Of a DNA stretch of 36,548 bases, positions 10,372 to 22,093 are shown piece by piece (position 1 is the first letter of the stretch; the number at the start of each line of letters is the position of its first letter). This stretch comes from Spirogloea muscicola (lineage: Eukaryota). A program made the position numbers and the translations under genes. The notes below the pieces were generated by a model. It saw nothing but the letters and a program-made list of their open reading frames with translations. It was not told where the DNA came from and did not search any database. The DNA lies in assembly GCA_009602725.1 (NCBI GenBank), contig WELB01000012.1:1304621-1341168 (forward strand). Reading direction: 5' to 3'.

Positions 10372-11606
10372 CGAATTTACACAGAAAGGGAACATCAAAA
10401 GACCATGGGTATATTAGCTGGATGGTACTGAGGAGCTAATTACGCCACTAGTCGGGCGAAGGACGACACGCGACATTGGTTCAAGCGCAAACCTGAATAA
10501 TGTCGCGCGACGCTGATGAGGGAGCAATCTGAAATTCCAGCGCGCGACTTCGACAATACCACAACTCGGAATGTAGACTTTCACTAGTTTCAGAAATTAC
10601 TAGTATTAGTACTAGGCACGGGTCCCCGCATTCGGCGGCGACTCCAGCGGCGGAGGCGGCGGCCACGGATCATCTGTGAGGGCTTGTGGCAGGACGCTCA
10701 ATAATCCCATGAGGCCGGAGGCAGGGCTCCGCGAGACCTCGATGGGAACTTAGAGGCACAAGCAGCCCATGCTCCCCCCCCCCCTCCCCTCCCTCCCCCC
10801 CCCCCAGACGCTTGTATTCTGCATTTTTTGTACTTCAAGCGTTGGCTTGTTGCCTTTTTTTGACTCATTATTTGGCTCAAACCTTCGCTTTGTGACACCA
10901 ACGCTCCTTGGGCTTGACGATCCTCATTCTTTGCACGGCCAATACGGCAAGGCGGGCGATGGCATGGACGCGTGTTGGACTCGCCACCCTGAGCAGCGGC
11001 CCGCGCACCTGCCGGCGCGTGCGGCGTCCCAGGCAGCCAAGATCGCGGCTGTAACAGTCGCACATGGGAAGGACGGGCAGTTGCTAGCCGCTGCCCAGGC
11101 CAGCTCATCGCGCACTGAGTCGGAGCAGATGAGAGCAGAGTTGGCTGAGAAAGGCCATGCTGGCAGCCAGCGGCATGGGGGCGCAGGCAGACCAGCGGCG
11201 AAGTGATGAGGAGGAGGCAAAGCACCGTGTACGCTACGGCATGGGCGTAGAGGTGGTTGAGGCCGGGATGGCAGGATGGCATGGGCGCGGCAATCGCCAA
11301 CCGTCAGGGAGCGCAGATCACCTGGTGCGCAGGGAGCACAGCCGTCGGCAGGAGCAGCAGGGCACTCGCTACCCGTTGTCTTTGCACGGGTGATGGAGGG
11401 GGCTGCGGACGAGACAGCTGCTGTTCACGTCCAGCTTTGGTGGCTCGGGAGGCGACGGGCGCATCACCGCACATCGTTTGCCGCTCTCAGGAGCACGCCG
11501 TCGCTGTCATTGGCGGACGTGGGCTGCTCGGAGGCGATCCTTTGGAAGCGCTGCAACAGCACCTTCCTGGCGGGCTGGTGGGCGACGCGCGGGTCCGAGC
11601 GTCCCA

Positions 11607-11978
11607 CCCACGGCCGCGCGGGGGGCGAACACCCCGACCACCTACAACGAACATGGGGCCTCGAAAGGGGCCCCTGTAGGTCGAATGTATCCATGCCGCC
11701 TGCACCAGTTGCGCCGGCACCCTTGGGTGCGGGGTCGGCGGCAGTGGCGCAGCTACCAAGCACTCGTGCCTTGGGAGCTGCCCATTCAGGGGAAAGTTCG
11801 GCGCCCAAGGCCGCACGGGGGGCGGACACCCCAACCACCTCCAACGAACCTGGGGCCTCCGAAAAGGGGCCCTGCAGGTAAGTTCCACCCATGCTGCCTG
11901 CACCAATTGCGCCGGCACCCGTGGGTGCGGAGTCGGCGGCAGTCGCGCAGCTACCAATCACTTGTGCCTTGGGGGCTG
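11607..11978. repeat. Diverged tandem duplication, ~197-bp unit, ~1.9 copies
   Basis: cccacggccgcgcgggggg...gtgccttgggagctg is repeated from ~11804 as cccaaggccgcacgggggg...gtgccttgggggctg and is cut by an LTR end at 11979. Confidence 0.85.
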
Positions 11979-12086
11979 TGTAAGAGACCTCGCCCTACAC
12001 ACGCAGTTCAAGTGAGCAGTCCTTGTTGAGTTCGGCCGCTGGGGATTTGGGGTCCAATCCACTACACGGGCAAAGCACTAGCGCAG
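11979..12086 (-). mobile_element. 3' portion of an LTR C (complement of the piece at 1383-1618)
   Basis: tgtaagagacctcgccctacacacgca...gcactagcgcag matches 22094-22200 and 28424-28529. Confidence 0.85.
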
Positions 12087-14330
12087 TCGAGGATCTGACC
12101 ACTTTAGCTTCCGCGAGACGACCAAAAAGTTCAACTATACGAGGAGACGTGTACCGGTTCTTGACAGTGAGCTTGTTTAGGGCTCAATAATCGATGCACA
12201 TTCGCAGACTACCATCTTTCTTCTTCACGAAGAGGATCGGTGCACCGTACGGCAATTGGGAAGGCTCGAGGTGCCTTTACCTAGCAGTTTCTCCGCTTGT
12301 GACTGCATCTCCCAGAAATCGAGAGGGCTCAGTCGTTACATCGGACGGTACGGGGGTGAAGCGCCGGGCTCCAATGGAATTGTATGAGCCTCGCCTCGAT
12401 CCGGAGGCATACCGTCTGACGAGCATCCGTAACCACATCGGAAAACTGCCAACAAATCGTCAAGAGCCGCACCATGTGAGGCCGCATTACTCACTACTAC
12501 TGGGTCAGGGGGAGTCTCGGCACTCATCACAACACCCAGATACGCAGCCGAAGCTGGTTCCTTGCGAAGGAGCTTCTTCATTCGCACAGCTGAAAGCCGC
12601 AGAGAAGAGTCTTGCATGGGTGGTGGCACATAGGAAATGTCGACGTTGTGCAATTTAAAACGACGAGTACCACGTCGGCCGACACATGTGCGCTGCTTAT
12701 AATCAAGCAAAGACGCGGTGGCACGAGCCAATTATTGCCTAAGATGACATCAAAGGCAGACGCCAAGTCAATGACATGACAAGACACAATTGTCTTATAG
12801 CTTTGGACGCGAAGAGGCACTTTGCAAATGGCCCAGCACTATTATTTGTTGACCATTGGCCAATGTAGTCTGCAACACATGAATGGGTTCCACAGGCAAG
12901 CCAATGTTACTTACAAATGACTTACTAACACAGGATACCAAAGCACCCGTGTCTACAAGGCTCTGAGCTGGCTGACCACCCGCTATGCCGGCACCTAGCA
13001 TACTGGGCGTTGAAGCACAAAGTGCTAAGTCGCCTAGCGAAGCAAGACTAAAATGGCGAACTACATTTATCAGCAATAACTTGGGTGACCCAGCAGCACC
13101 AGGTACTATGTGAGGATGGCCTGCTGTGTAGCGACAGAGCAGGGACAGTCCCATTGGTGGTGGGGGTTCAACCCTCGCGTTTTCCTTGCCTCTGTACTGC
13201 CCCTCAGGGCCAGGTGGAGCGGACTTGCTTGAGGAGGGGTGCTTGGGAGCTTGGAAAGTACAGTCCCGGATGCGGTGGCCCTTCTGGCCACACCGGTAAG
13301 ACGGTCCTCGGGGACGAAGGCCACTGGCTTAGCTGGGCGCCGTTGCCCCACGTAGGGCTTGGCACTTGAGCGTGGCATAGTACTCGGCCGGCGCTTCGAC
13401 GATGAAGGGGCCGCCGGGTTGACGACGGCTTCCGCGAGGGGACGCTTGCGCCGGTACATCGCGAACGTGAGGCGTGCCTGCTCGATAAGGCGATTTAAGG
13501 TGTCCACCGGCTGGAAGGTGACTGCATCCAGTTGGGCGAGCAGAGCGACGTGCTCCAGTAGCCCCGCTTTGAAGCGTTGACAGTGATCGGCGTTGTCCAT
13601 CGGTCTGGTATTGAGCTTCGACAGCAACATGTGGAAACGCCGTACGTATATCCCGAAATCGTCATTGCGCATACGAATCACATCAAGTACGTTGCGGGCG
13701 TGCAAACAGGCGTGCGCCTCGCCGTACATCCTCGATAACGACCTTACGAAAAAATCCACTGGTTGTAGACCCCGGGGGTGGAGGAAGTTTTCACGCTGTC
13801 CCAGCACTGGGCGGGATCGGCAGAGAGATAAGTAGCTGCAAGACCAACACGGTGTCGCGAGCCCGTGCCGCACTGCACGAATCAAGCTAAAATCTCCGCA
13901 AGCCACGCGTTGAGCCCACCTTTGAAGGTCTGCCCACTGATTTGGCCGGAGAGGCGGGCCGGGCACGGCCCAGCTGCGGATCACGCACCTTGGTCTTCAG
14001 TGGGCGAACTCGACGCTCACCCTTGCACGTCCGGGCGATCAGCGGCCCCAGTAACGAAAGTAGGGAAGCTTCATACACATCAGATACATATGAAATGGAA
14101 CTGCTGTAATCTCCTTTGAAAGTGCGCTCGTGAAAGAGGCTACTGCCGGGTCCCTACCGCGGCCTCGTGGAGCTCCTGAAGGCGCGCAGTATGCCGCGCG
14201 TCGTCAGGGGTCAAGCAATCCGCACTTGGGGCCTGAAGCTCCGCCAGGTCGTCAACGAGCTCCTCAACCTCGAGAATTACTACTGCCGGCGGAGGGGGAC
14301 TAGGGAATGTATGGGCTCCGGCGACTCCAT
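12087..14330 (-). pseudogene. Family-B chromovirus gag-protease-RT (N-terminal half) relic
   Basis: ATG at 14330. Gag core (YGEAHA...RFKAGL), degenerate knuckle YRCGQKGHRIRDC, protease LVDTGA and DVILGNNWL. RT runs up to VKNRY...KVVRSLD. Confidence 0.9.
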
Positions 14331-14841
14331 GCCTTATGCACCACACTGACGGATCAAGTCAGAGGCGGCAGACACATCGAGGATCCATTCTGACAGGATA
14401 CTACTCAGAAGGACTGGTGCACCGAAAAACAAGTAATATGATAGCACGTGCGTCGTTTCTCCAAACCACAAAGCCGTACGAGCCGCAAGAGGGAGGTACC
14501 AAGAGTGGAAAAGCAACCAATTTCTGGCATGCGGTCAGACTTTGCCGCCCACTGGCGACCAGGTTCACTTCCGTGCCATACTGGCCCGCAAATTCGTCGG
14601 ACACAGGTGTTTTACGCAGGCAAGTACTGATTTGGCAACATAGATTGCTGCCGGGACGAAGAGCCGCTTGGTGTTTTGAAGGCCCGGTACGTGGATGTCA
14701 ACGGCGAGTGGGCACATGTGCCGCTTCACCGATGACAGCTCCACGTCCACTTTGAAAAAGTATCAATCGAACGAGAATATTCACTTGCACTTTCAGCAGT
14801 GAAACACAACCTTTTACGTGACTGGCTAGATGCAAGAACCC

Positions 14842-14852
14842 CTCTGATACCA
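14842..14852 (-). promoter_or_regulatory. Primer-binding site, initiator tRNA-Met
   Basis: ctctgatacca (minus strand TGGTATCAGAG), 1 nt from the LTR end at 14854. Confidence 0.9.
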
Positions 14853-14853
14853 A

Positions 14854-16366
14854 TGTAGTCTGCTGATCCCTATATACACAACTAGGATCAGAACATTCTG
14901 GTTTGGGTCCGGACAGAAGGTGTTCAGGAGACAACCCTCACACAAAAGAACGCCAACGCACGTACGCGCACATGGCGCAGCGCGTAATGATCCAGCCGTT
15001 TGGTTAACCCACACGGGTCGCTGGCATGACATGACCGGCCATTTGGGACAAGTGGCCCGCCAGTGGCGGCTGACTAACCGGGCAAGTGGCCCGCCCAGGT
15101 GCGGGCCCCGCCCGTCCAGAAATACCCCTCGCCAGGATTTACCCGTTCAAGGGAGGATCTTTGGCCCGCCGCAAGGCAGGCCATGGAGCGACCCGCTCAC
15201 ATCCCTAGAGGGGGGTTGGCACGGGGAAACACGAGGAGCCTTGGGGCTGAGGCTCGACAGGAGTTCGACCGAGGGAAGCCCAGGAGCAGCCTTGCCGCTG
15301 CTCGCCGTCGCAGCCGCCGCCGCACTCTGCTGCGGGGCCTGCTCCGTCGGCCTGCGCCCAGGAGGTGGAGTCGCCGCCGGAAGGCGGCCGCCACAGGGCA
15401 TGCCTTTCGGTGCACCGATGCGCCAGTGCTTTGCCTATGTATAGTGGGTTGGTCCCTAAACCCCCTACAGCCGAGCTCTCACCATAACTGCGTGTGTAGG
15501 GCGACATTCTCTACACAGCGGAAGTCTTACACTGATGCACCGCCCCAAGGTGGCGACTCTACCGAGGGTCAATAGCTGTCCCACAGGGGGGGCCGCAGCC
15601 GTGTTCTCACAGAGATCCGGTGGAGCCCGCAGCGACGAGCTGCGGCAACGGGCTGGAGCAGGCGGCATGCAGAAGAGCTGTGGAGACGGCGGCGGCAGCA
15701 GGCAGCAGCGGAGCTGGCTAGGCAGCAGCAGGGCTGTGTCTCTCTCGGCGTTGGTCGGACTCCGGAGTCCGCCCAAGGCTTACTACTTATAGCGTTCTCC
15801 TGCCACCCTTTCCCAAAGGGTGTGACGAGGGTCGCCCCCCGGGCCCTTCCCCGCAGGGGCGGCCTGACAAGGGGGTGCGAAAACTCCAAGAGAAAGGCGC
15901 ACAGGACCAAAGCCCGGCGCGCGAGTCGCGGGACTAGCACCAAGAGACCGGCGCGCAAGTCAAAGACACTGGCGTGCTTACCTGTGACTAGCGCCAAGAG
16001 GGTGGCGCGCCAGGAGGCCACGAGCCTGACTCACGGGGCCGAGGAATTAAGGCCATGGGGCAGGCCAAGAGCCTGGCTCACGGGAACAAGGGACTGCGGC
16101 CATGAGGCCAGGGGACTGAGGTCATGACGCCAAGGGAGCTGGCCCATGCGGCTAACCAGCAGGGCATTGCCTGAGGGATAGCTGGCCCACCCGGCCCGCC
16201 CGCAGGGCGTGGGCCCAAGGCGTGCGCCCAGGTCCCGAGGCGTATGGAGGCGTACGGAGCCCGGGACCTCGAAGCGTACTTAGCTACACGTGTTGCAGCA
16301 AACTTATCAGCACCATTTGGGTCAAGGTTACTAGCACCGTTGGCACGCCCAACCGGGGGGAACGTT
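14854..16366 (-). repeat. 5' LTR family B, interrupted by a solo LTR C; distal end degraded
   Basis: tgtagtctgctgatccctatatac... resembles the reverse complement of 9560-9603. The distal ccgttggcacgcccaaccggggggaacgtt resembles 17668-17700. Confidence 0.75.
14983..15515 (+). mobile_element. Solo LTR family C
   Basis: cgtaatgatccagcc...ttctctaca flanked by perfect TSD CAGCG (14978-14982 and 15516-15520). Confidence 0.9.
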
Positions 16367-16393
16367 GGTGTATAAAGGGGTTGGGTTGTCACA

Positions 16394-16730
16394 GAACACC
16401 CTGTCATGTTTCCCTGAGAGAGACATCGTTTTCTCTCAACTACGATCAGCTCCTCTGAGCATCTTTGCAGGTGGGCAGGCTGGAACGCATGCTGCGTTAT
16501 CGCCTGCACTACAACCCTCTTGGAGGCCCAACAAACGGGCGCAGAGATTCCCAGTGGCGCCAGAAGGCTTATGCTAACCAACATCGGGAGGATGTGTCCT
16601 TCGACGTGACTCATCAAGTGCTTTTGAGAAGAAAACACCTCTCCGTGCGGATTGTGGGTACGCTCGAAGTTGCTAAGCAAATGGACCTTTCCTCGTAGTA
16701 TACCATGTTGGCAAGGTGTACTCTATGAGC
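16394..16730 (+). pseudogene. Degenerate integrase C-terminal fragment
   Basis: RETSFSLNYDQL and RQKAYANQHREDVSFDV...KHLSVR match the other integrases in the window. Confidence 0.75.
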
Positions 16731-16740
16731 TCAGGAGACT

Positions 16741-16884
16741 GTGCCTCTCGCCCTGTGACCCTCGCTGATGCGGACTGAAGGTCCCCAAGTCTGGTCTTAG
16801 TCCACTACTCGTAGTGCTTAATGTGCCACCCTCCTCAGGGGTCTCTGGAAGGCTTCTTTCAAGGCCCACCCTTAAGAGGGCGGT
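16741..16884 (-). repeat. Internal fragment of an A-like LTR
   Basis: tactcgtagtgcttaatgtgccaccctcctcaggggtctctgg matches 8986-9030. Confidence 0.7.
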
Positions 16885-19800
16885 TGTAACGTTCCTATCC
16901 CAATACTCACAGGTAGGGTTAGAACGTCCTCTTTGAGATACGGACATAGGGTTGTTTTGGAGTCAACCCCCTTACAGAGTGGAATGCCAGCGGACACAGC
17001 GCATACTCGTGCACACTGCGCAGCGGAAGTCTTACCCTGAGGCACCGCTAGGAGGTGGTGACTTGACCGAGCGTCAGTAGCTGTCCCCATACGGGGCGCA
17101 GCCATAGTACTTGCAGAGAGCCGGCGGGGTCCGCAGCGACGAGCTGCAGCGACGGGCTGGGCAGCAGGCGGCAGCAGCAGAGCTGTGGCAGCGGCTGTGG
17201 CAGCAGGCAGCAGCAGGGCTGTGCCTCTCTAGGCGTCACGAATCTGACTGAGTAGTCTGGCCTCGGCCTACTACTGTTAAGCGTTCCACCTGCCACCCCT
17301 CCCCCGAGGGTGTGACAAGGGTTGCCCCCAAGAAATTCCCATGGAGGGCGACCAATGGGGACACGAAGCGACGCCCTTTGAGCCGTACAAGGAGACACGA
17401 AGCGGCGCCCAATGGGCGGCACAAAGGAGGCGCGACGCAACGCCTTGGGCCGCACCAAGGAGGCGCAAAACAACGCCGTGGGCGGCGCGACGCGGCGCCT
17501 CGGGCGGCTCAAAGGAGGCGCAAAGCGGCGCCTCCTGGGCGGAGCACGTGCGCTGCGAAACCCGGGGCCTTGGACCTTACTTCGCTACATACTGTGGAGC
17601 GAAGCTACCGGTACCGTTCGGGACTTCCAAACGATAGATACGATACGATCATGTAAGGTTACCGGCACCGTTGGCACTCTCAAACGGCGAGAACCTTATA
17701 TACCTCCCCATTTAGATGTTCACGTCCTCGGAAACAAGAAGGGAGCACTACAGGAGGTCGACCCATGGGAATTAGCCCGACGGGACGATACTGGACAACT
17801 GAAAGAAGGGGCAATGCCTCTTGTCGGATACTTTCCAACGAGGGAAGGACAATTGGCAAGATTGACCGTAATTTCCCATGTACTGTGCTCAGGCGCATAG
17901 CCTAACGACTTGATAGGGTACTCACGGGCCTTACAAAGCCCACGGAGAATGTCCCGTTGTGACAAAATCTCCTCCACTCGATACTCTTCCTCGCTGTCAA
18001 GAACGAGGGGAGATGGGGGCGTTTGGACACAGCCATCCGAATCTCAAGGCCCGAGGTAAGACACATCATACCAGTGTAGCAAGCTCGTATGGGACTTTCC
18101 CGACCAGGCGCATTCACAGAAGGATCCAAGCCACATTGGCAGCAACTTGTGCGTACCTTTAGCCCGCAAGGCTAGGTGCTTAGTGCTGAATAGCACTGGG
18201 GCACCGACGTCGAAGGACACAATCTTGCTACGTAGATCAGCATACTGCTTTTGCCGGTGGTGAGCGATTGTCAAGAATGGCATATCCCTCGCTGACCCTC
18301 CAGGAGGTAACCGGGAAAGCGTACTGCAGCAGGAACGCGCTCCGGCCTCCCCACCTGCAGAGGTGATCGAAGATGCTGACAGACATGAAGAAGGGTGTAT
18401 CTTGGTGTTCACAGCATACTCGATGGAGCAAGGTACTCGTCCCAGTCAACACGACTGACTTTTACAAAATGCCTTAGCATGTCTTCCAAAAGCCGCTTCA
18501 ACCTCACAATCTGACCGTCTGGTTTTGAATAGTAACCCGTGGACATGGATTGCTTGTGCCGATAGGCTTGCACACTTCTGTCCAAAAGTGACGTGTGGTG
18601 CGAGGATCGCGGTCAGACGACTCGCTCGGGTACTCCGTGCAGTTTCCTACTCGGTCCACAGACATGCCAGCAACTTGGCAGGCTACGCTTGCTTTACTAC
18701 GCTGGCAGGTAGCGTAAGTCCTCACAAAGACTTCACTTGGACTTACAAGCCCGGCCACCATAAGAGAAGCTTGATAAGTTTCCTTGTCTTTTTAAGACCC
18801 AAGTGACCACTGTACTGAGGCTCATGCGTCTCTTGCATGATACTAGTGCGCAATGCATTGCAATTGGGCACCACAATGGCGTCACCTCGCCACCAGAAAC
18901 CTTGGTCACATACTACAATGCGTGCTTTGGTTGCTCGTGCAAACCAAGGATGTGTGCAATACCCATCACAATATGCAAATACAGCTCAGAGAGGTTGGTG
19001 GTGCACTGCCGAGCGGCCCCACGGGCAGGCCGCACGTCTGCGGTCGGAGCCCTTGTGGCACACAAGACAGGCGCCACAGCAGCCCTTCGATCTTGCGGCC
19101 ACCGGGTCCGCAGCATTCCAACGTCCAGGGTGGTACACTCACTGGATTAGGATAGAACCGGACTACTAGCTCACCAAGCTTGACGCCTGCTCTGTGCTGC
19201 TGTGTGCGAAAAAGGTCGACAGGCGATGACCCATTATAAATTTATGCTGAATTTATGGGTGTGAACCAATAAATTCAGCACCCTCGAGATAGCATCGCAA
19301 CAGATGGAGGGCGTGCACAACAGCAAGGAGCTCTTGCTCCCCCCGTGGTTGAGATGCGCCCTGAAGGACAGATCAGGCAAGTCTCAACCTTTACAGGGTG
19401 ACCCTCCTGCAAGAGAACGGCACACATGCCGATCAAAGAGGCGTCACATCACATATGACCACAACGGAGCGCCTTCTCGAAGCAAGGCCCAAAACAGGTG
19501 GGCATACTAGAAGCCGTTTTAATTTTACTCAAATGCCCGCGGGCATTTGGACGTCCACCCCAGGGTACGTTCTTACGAGTGAGCTTTGTTAGAGGAGATT
19601 CCATAATTCCGTGTCTTGGCAGGAAGCCTGACAGGAACGGGGATACTGTGCCAACGAATCCTCAGAATGAACGCAACTGCGGCACATTCCGTGGCACTTA
19701 GCCAGTCCTTTACGTCAGTCTCTGCAGACAGATGCAGCATGACTTGATTACTTTCCTTGGGGTTGACGCAAACCCCATCTTTGCCCACAGCATGCCCAAA

Positions 19801-19980
19801 TACTGGTTACACATACTTGGCATACAATTGATTTTCACGTCGCAAAGGCGAGCATTAGCTGCGGGTGCAATATGTGATCTTCGGGTGTGATACAACCACC
19901 GGTAGTCCAAGTATACCAGCACAGAGTAATACGATGGAGTCAGAGACTCCTATTATTACAGCCTGACACGGAACTGGAAT

Positions 19981-20977
19981 TGTAACGATCCAGCCAATTG
20001 GTTAAGCCACACGGTGCTCTTAGCGTTATATGACCGCTTGCCGTTTGACGGCAAGTGGCCCGCAAGGTGGCGGGCTGGCTGGCCAGGCAAGTGACCCGCC
20101 CAGGTACGGGTCCCGCCAGTCCTATGATACCCCTTGGCGGGATCCACCCGTTCAAGGGAGGATCTTTGGGCCCGCTGCAAGGGCAGGCCAAGGTTGGGGC
20201 GACCCGTTGACACCCCTGGAGGGGGGGTGGCACGGGGGAAGCACCATGAGCATTCGGCTGAGCTTGCTACGGCCTGCCGCCGCAGCCGCCGCCGCAGCCT
20301 GCTGCGGGGCTTGCTGCGGGGAGTCCGCGGCTGCGCCCCTTGGGGGACAGCCGCCGGCTTGCGCCCAGGAGGTGGAGTCGCCGCCGGACGGCGGCGCCAC
20401 AGGGCCTGTCTTGAGGAAGAAAGGGCTCGCCCATTGAGGATAGGGGCTGGAAAAAGCCAGCCCAGAAAAGAATGAACAAAGGACGAGAACGTACTTCCCC
20501 TGGCCAGGGGAAGTACGAAGAACAACAAGCACTAAAAAGAAACGAAGCAGCTACGAAGCACTCAGTAACCCCTGCTAAGCAGCCTCAGGTCAGAGAGACT
20601 GGGTTCCTGGAAGCGGGTCCCCTGGCCAGAGCCAGAGGCAGCAGCGAGGGCTCTGCCTGCACGCAGGTGCAGCGCGCGGGCCATAGATCTCTGCAGCGAG
20701 ACGGCCAAGCGCATGCGGTACACCTGCGCTAGCGACCCTGCTGCATGGGAGTACACCGGCTCCCCATGGAAGCGGCGGACAATGGCGTGACGTGAGAGCT
20801 GGTTGAGCAGCTCGAGCCACCGAGCGCCCAGCGCCCCGTGCGTATCGATGGCTGTCTTCCGCTGCGCTTATGCGCTAGTGCTTTGCCGTGTGGTGGGGTC
20901 GGTGCCTGAACCCCCTACAGCCGAACATAAGAAGGACGACTCACCCTAATTGCTTGCGTAGGCCGAGATTCTCTACA
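19981..20977 (+). mobile_element. Solo LTR family C inserted in RT, itself carrying a 439-bp insertion
   Basis: tgtaacgatcc...ttctctaca. Flanks GGAAT and GGAAG give a 4/5 TSD match. It splits the GHFQF RT motif. Confidence 0.88.
20413..20851 (-). mobile_element. 5'-truncated CRE-like (restriction-like endonuclease) non-LTR retrotransposon 3' end
   Basis: Flanked by 7-bp direct repeat CTGTCTT (20406-20412 and 20852-20858). The minus frame reads AIDTHGALGARWLELLNQLS...YRMRLAVSLQRSMARAL, resembling the C-terminal 'ETxGxxG...RLSVALQRGNA' signature of CRE-clade ORFs. Family assigned from remembered motifs, not a search. Confidence 0.7.
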
Positions 20978-22093
20978 GGAAGTGTCCGAGCGGCAAACAA
21001 CAAGCGAACTTCGCATTGCTCCAGGCGTGATACAAAGATGGTAAGAACCTTTGACATCGAGAGAGCAAATCACACTTGCTCCTCGGAGAAGATCACACAG
21101 AATATCAATGCCAGGCAAAGGGCACCGGTTCTTGACAATGAGCTTGGTTAAAGCTCGAGGCTGGATGCACATCCGATGACTACCATTGTGCGTCACAAGG
21201 AGGCGGATGGGTGCACCATACGGCAACTGAAGGGGCTCACTATGCCCGTACTCCAGCAAGTCCGCTACTTGGGATTGCATCTTTCAAGACTCGAGAGTAC
21301 TAAGTCGATACAGGCAGTACGGCGGCAGAGCGCCAGACGTCTTCGAGCCACTTCGGATGCGGAGGCAACCCGTCATCAGGAGTTCGGGAATGCATCCAAC
21401 GACTTTGTTGAATGGTTGTCAAGAGCCGCACCAGGTGAGGCTGCCACACGTACTACAGAGTCAGGGGGACACTCATTACCGATCATCGAAATCCGACACA
21501 CAGCCAGAGCTGGATGCGTGTGAAGGTACATCTTCAATGACAGCTATTGGTCGCAGAGTGCGACGACGCCGTCCAAAGCAACCAATACAAGTCAACCCTT
21601 TGGCATTCAAAGGCGGAGACAAGCACTCACCCAGAGTACTCTGATGCACTAGCCAGCTGCAGGCTGTCACTGCCGGCAGCAGCTTTCTGGCTACGAATGC
21701 ACCGGGATACTCAGCACTTAGCTGGGCTAATCGTCCAATTCTCGCATCCCAGCAATATGTCCAAAGGGGTATACAGGCGAGGAATTGAACAAGCAGTGGC
21801 TGCAGAGGGCGTTGACAACATCTGCCAAGCCTAGCTTCGCAAGCTGCTCAACCCATAGCTGTGACATCACATTATCAACAGCTGCAGGAAGTCAAGGACT
21901 TTCACTGGAAGTAGGTGACACTGAAGTGCTACTGACCAGGGCCCAGAGCCTTAAGGTCAATGAGGATGGCGGACAGCCATGTTCTCATCGCACGTAGCGC
22001 CAAGCACCATACTGCCAGCAATTGGAGTGTGCAATGAAGCACAAACCAGGGTGAGGGCGCACTAGCCGCCAACACCTAAAATACGGCAATGCG

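Larger units (their letters stand above)
16885..21540 (-). mobile_element. 5'-truncated, heavily decayed chromovirus with a family-B 3' LTR (16885-17700)
   Basis: LTR tgtaacgttcc...gaaccttata and PPT (tacctccccatttag) at 17701. Chromodomain GYAPEHSTWE, integrase, RNase H and RT (LVYLD; PYGAPI...KNRCPLP) remnants. Confidence 0.85.

Noticed and set aside
14983..20977. LTR C copies at 14983 and 19981 (or 22094 and 28424) as the two ends of one element
   Set aside because: The copies at 14983, 19981 and 28424 each have their own TSD-like flanks and no adjacent PBS, so they are independent solo LTRs.
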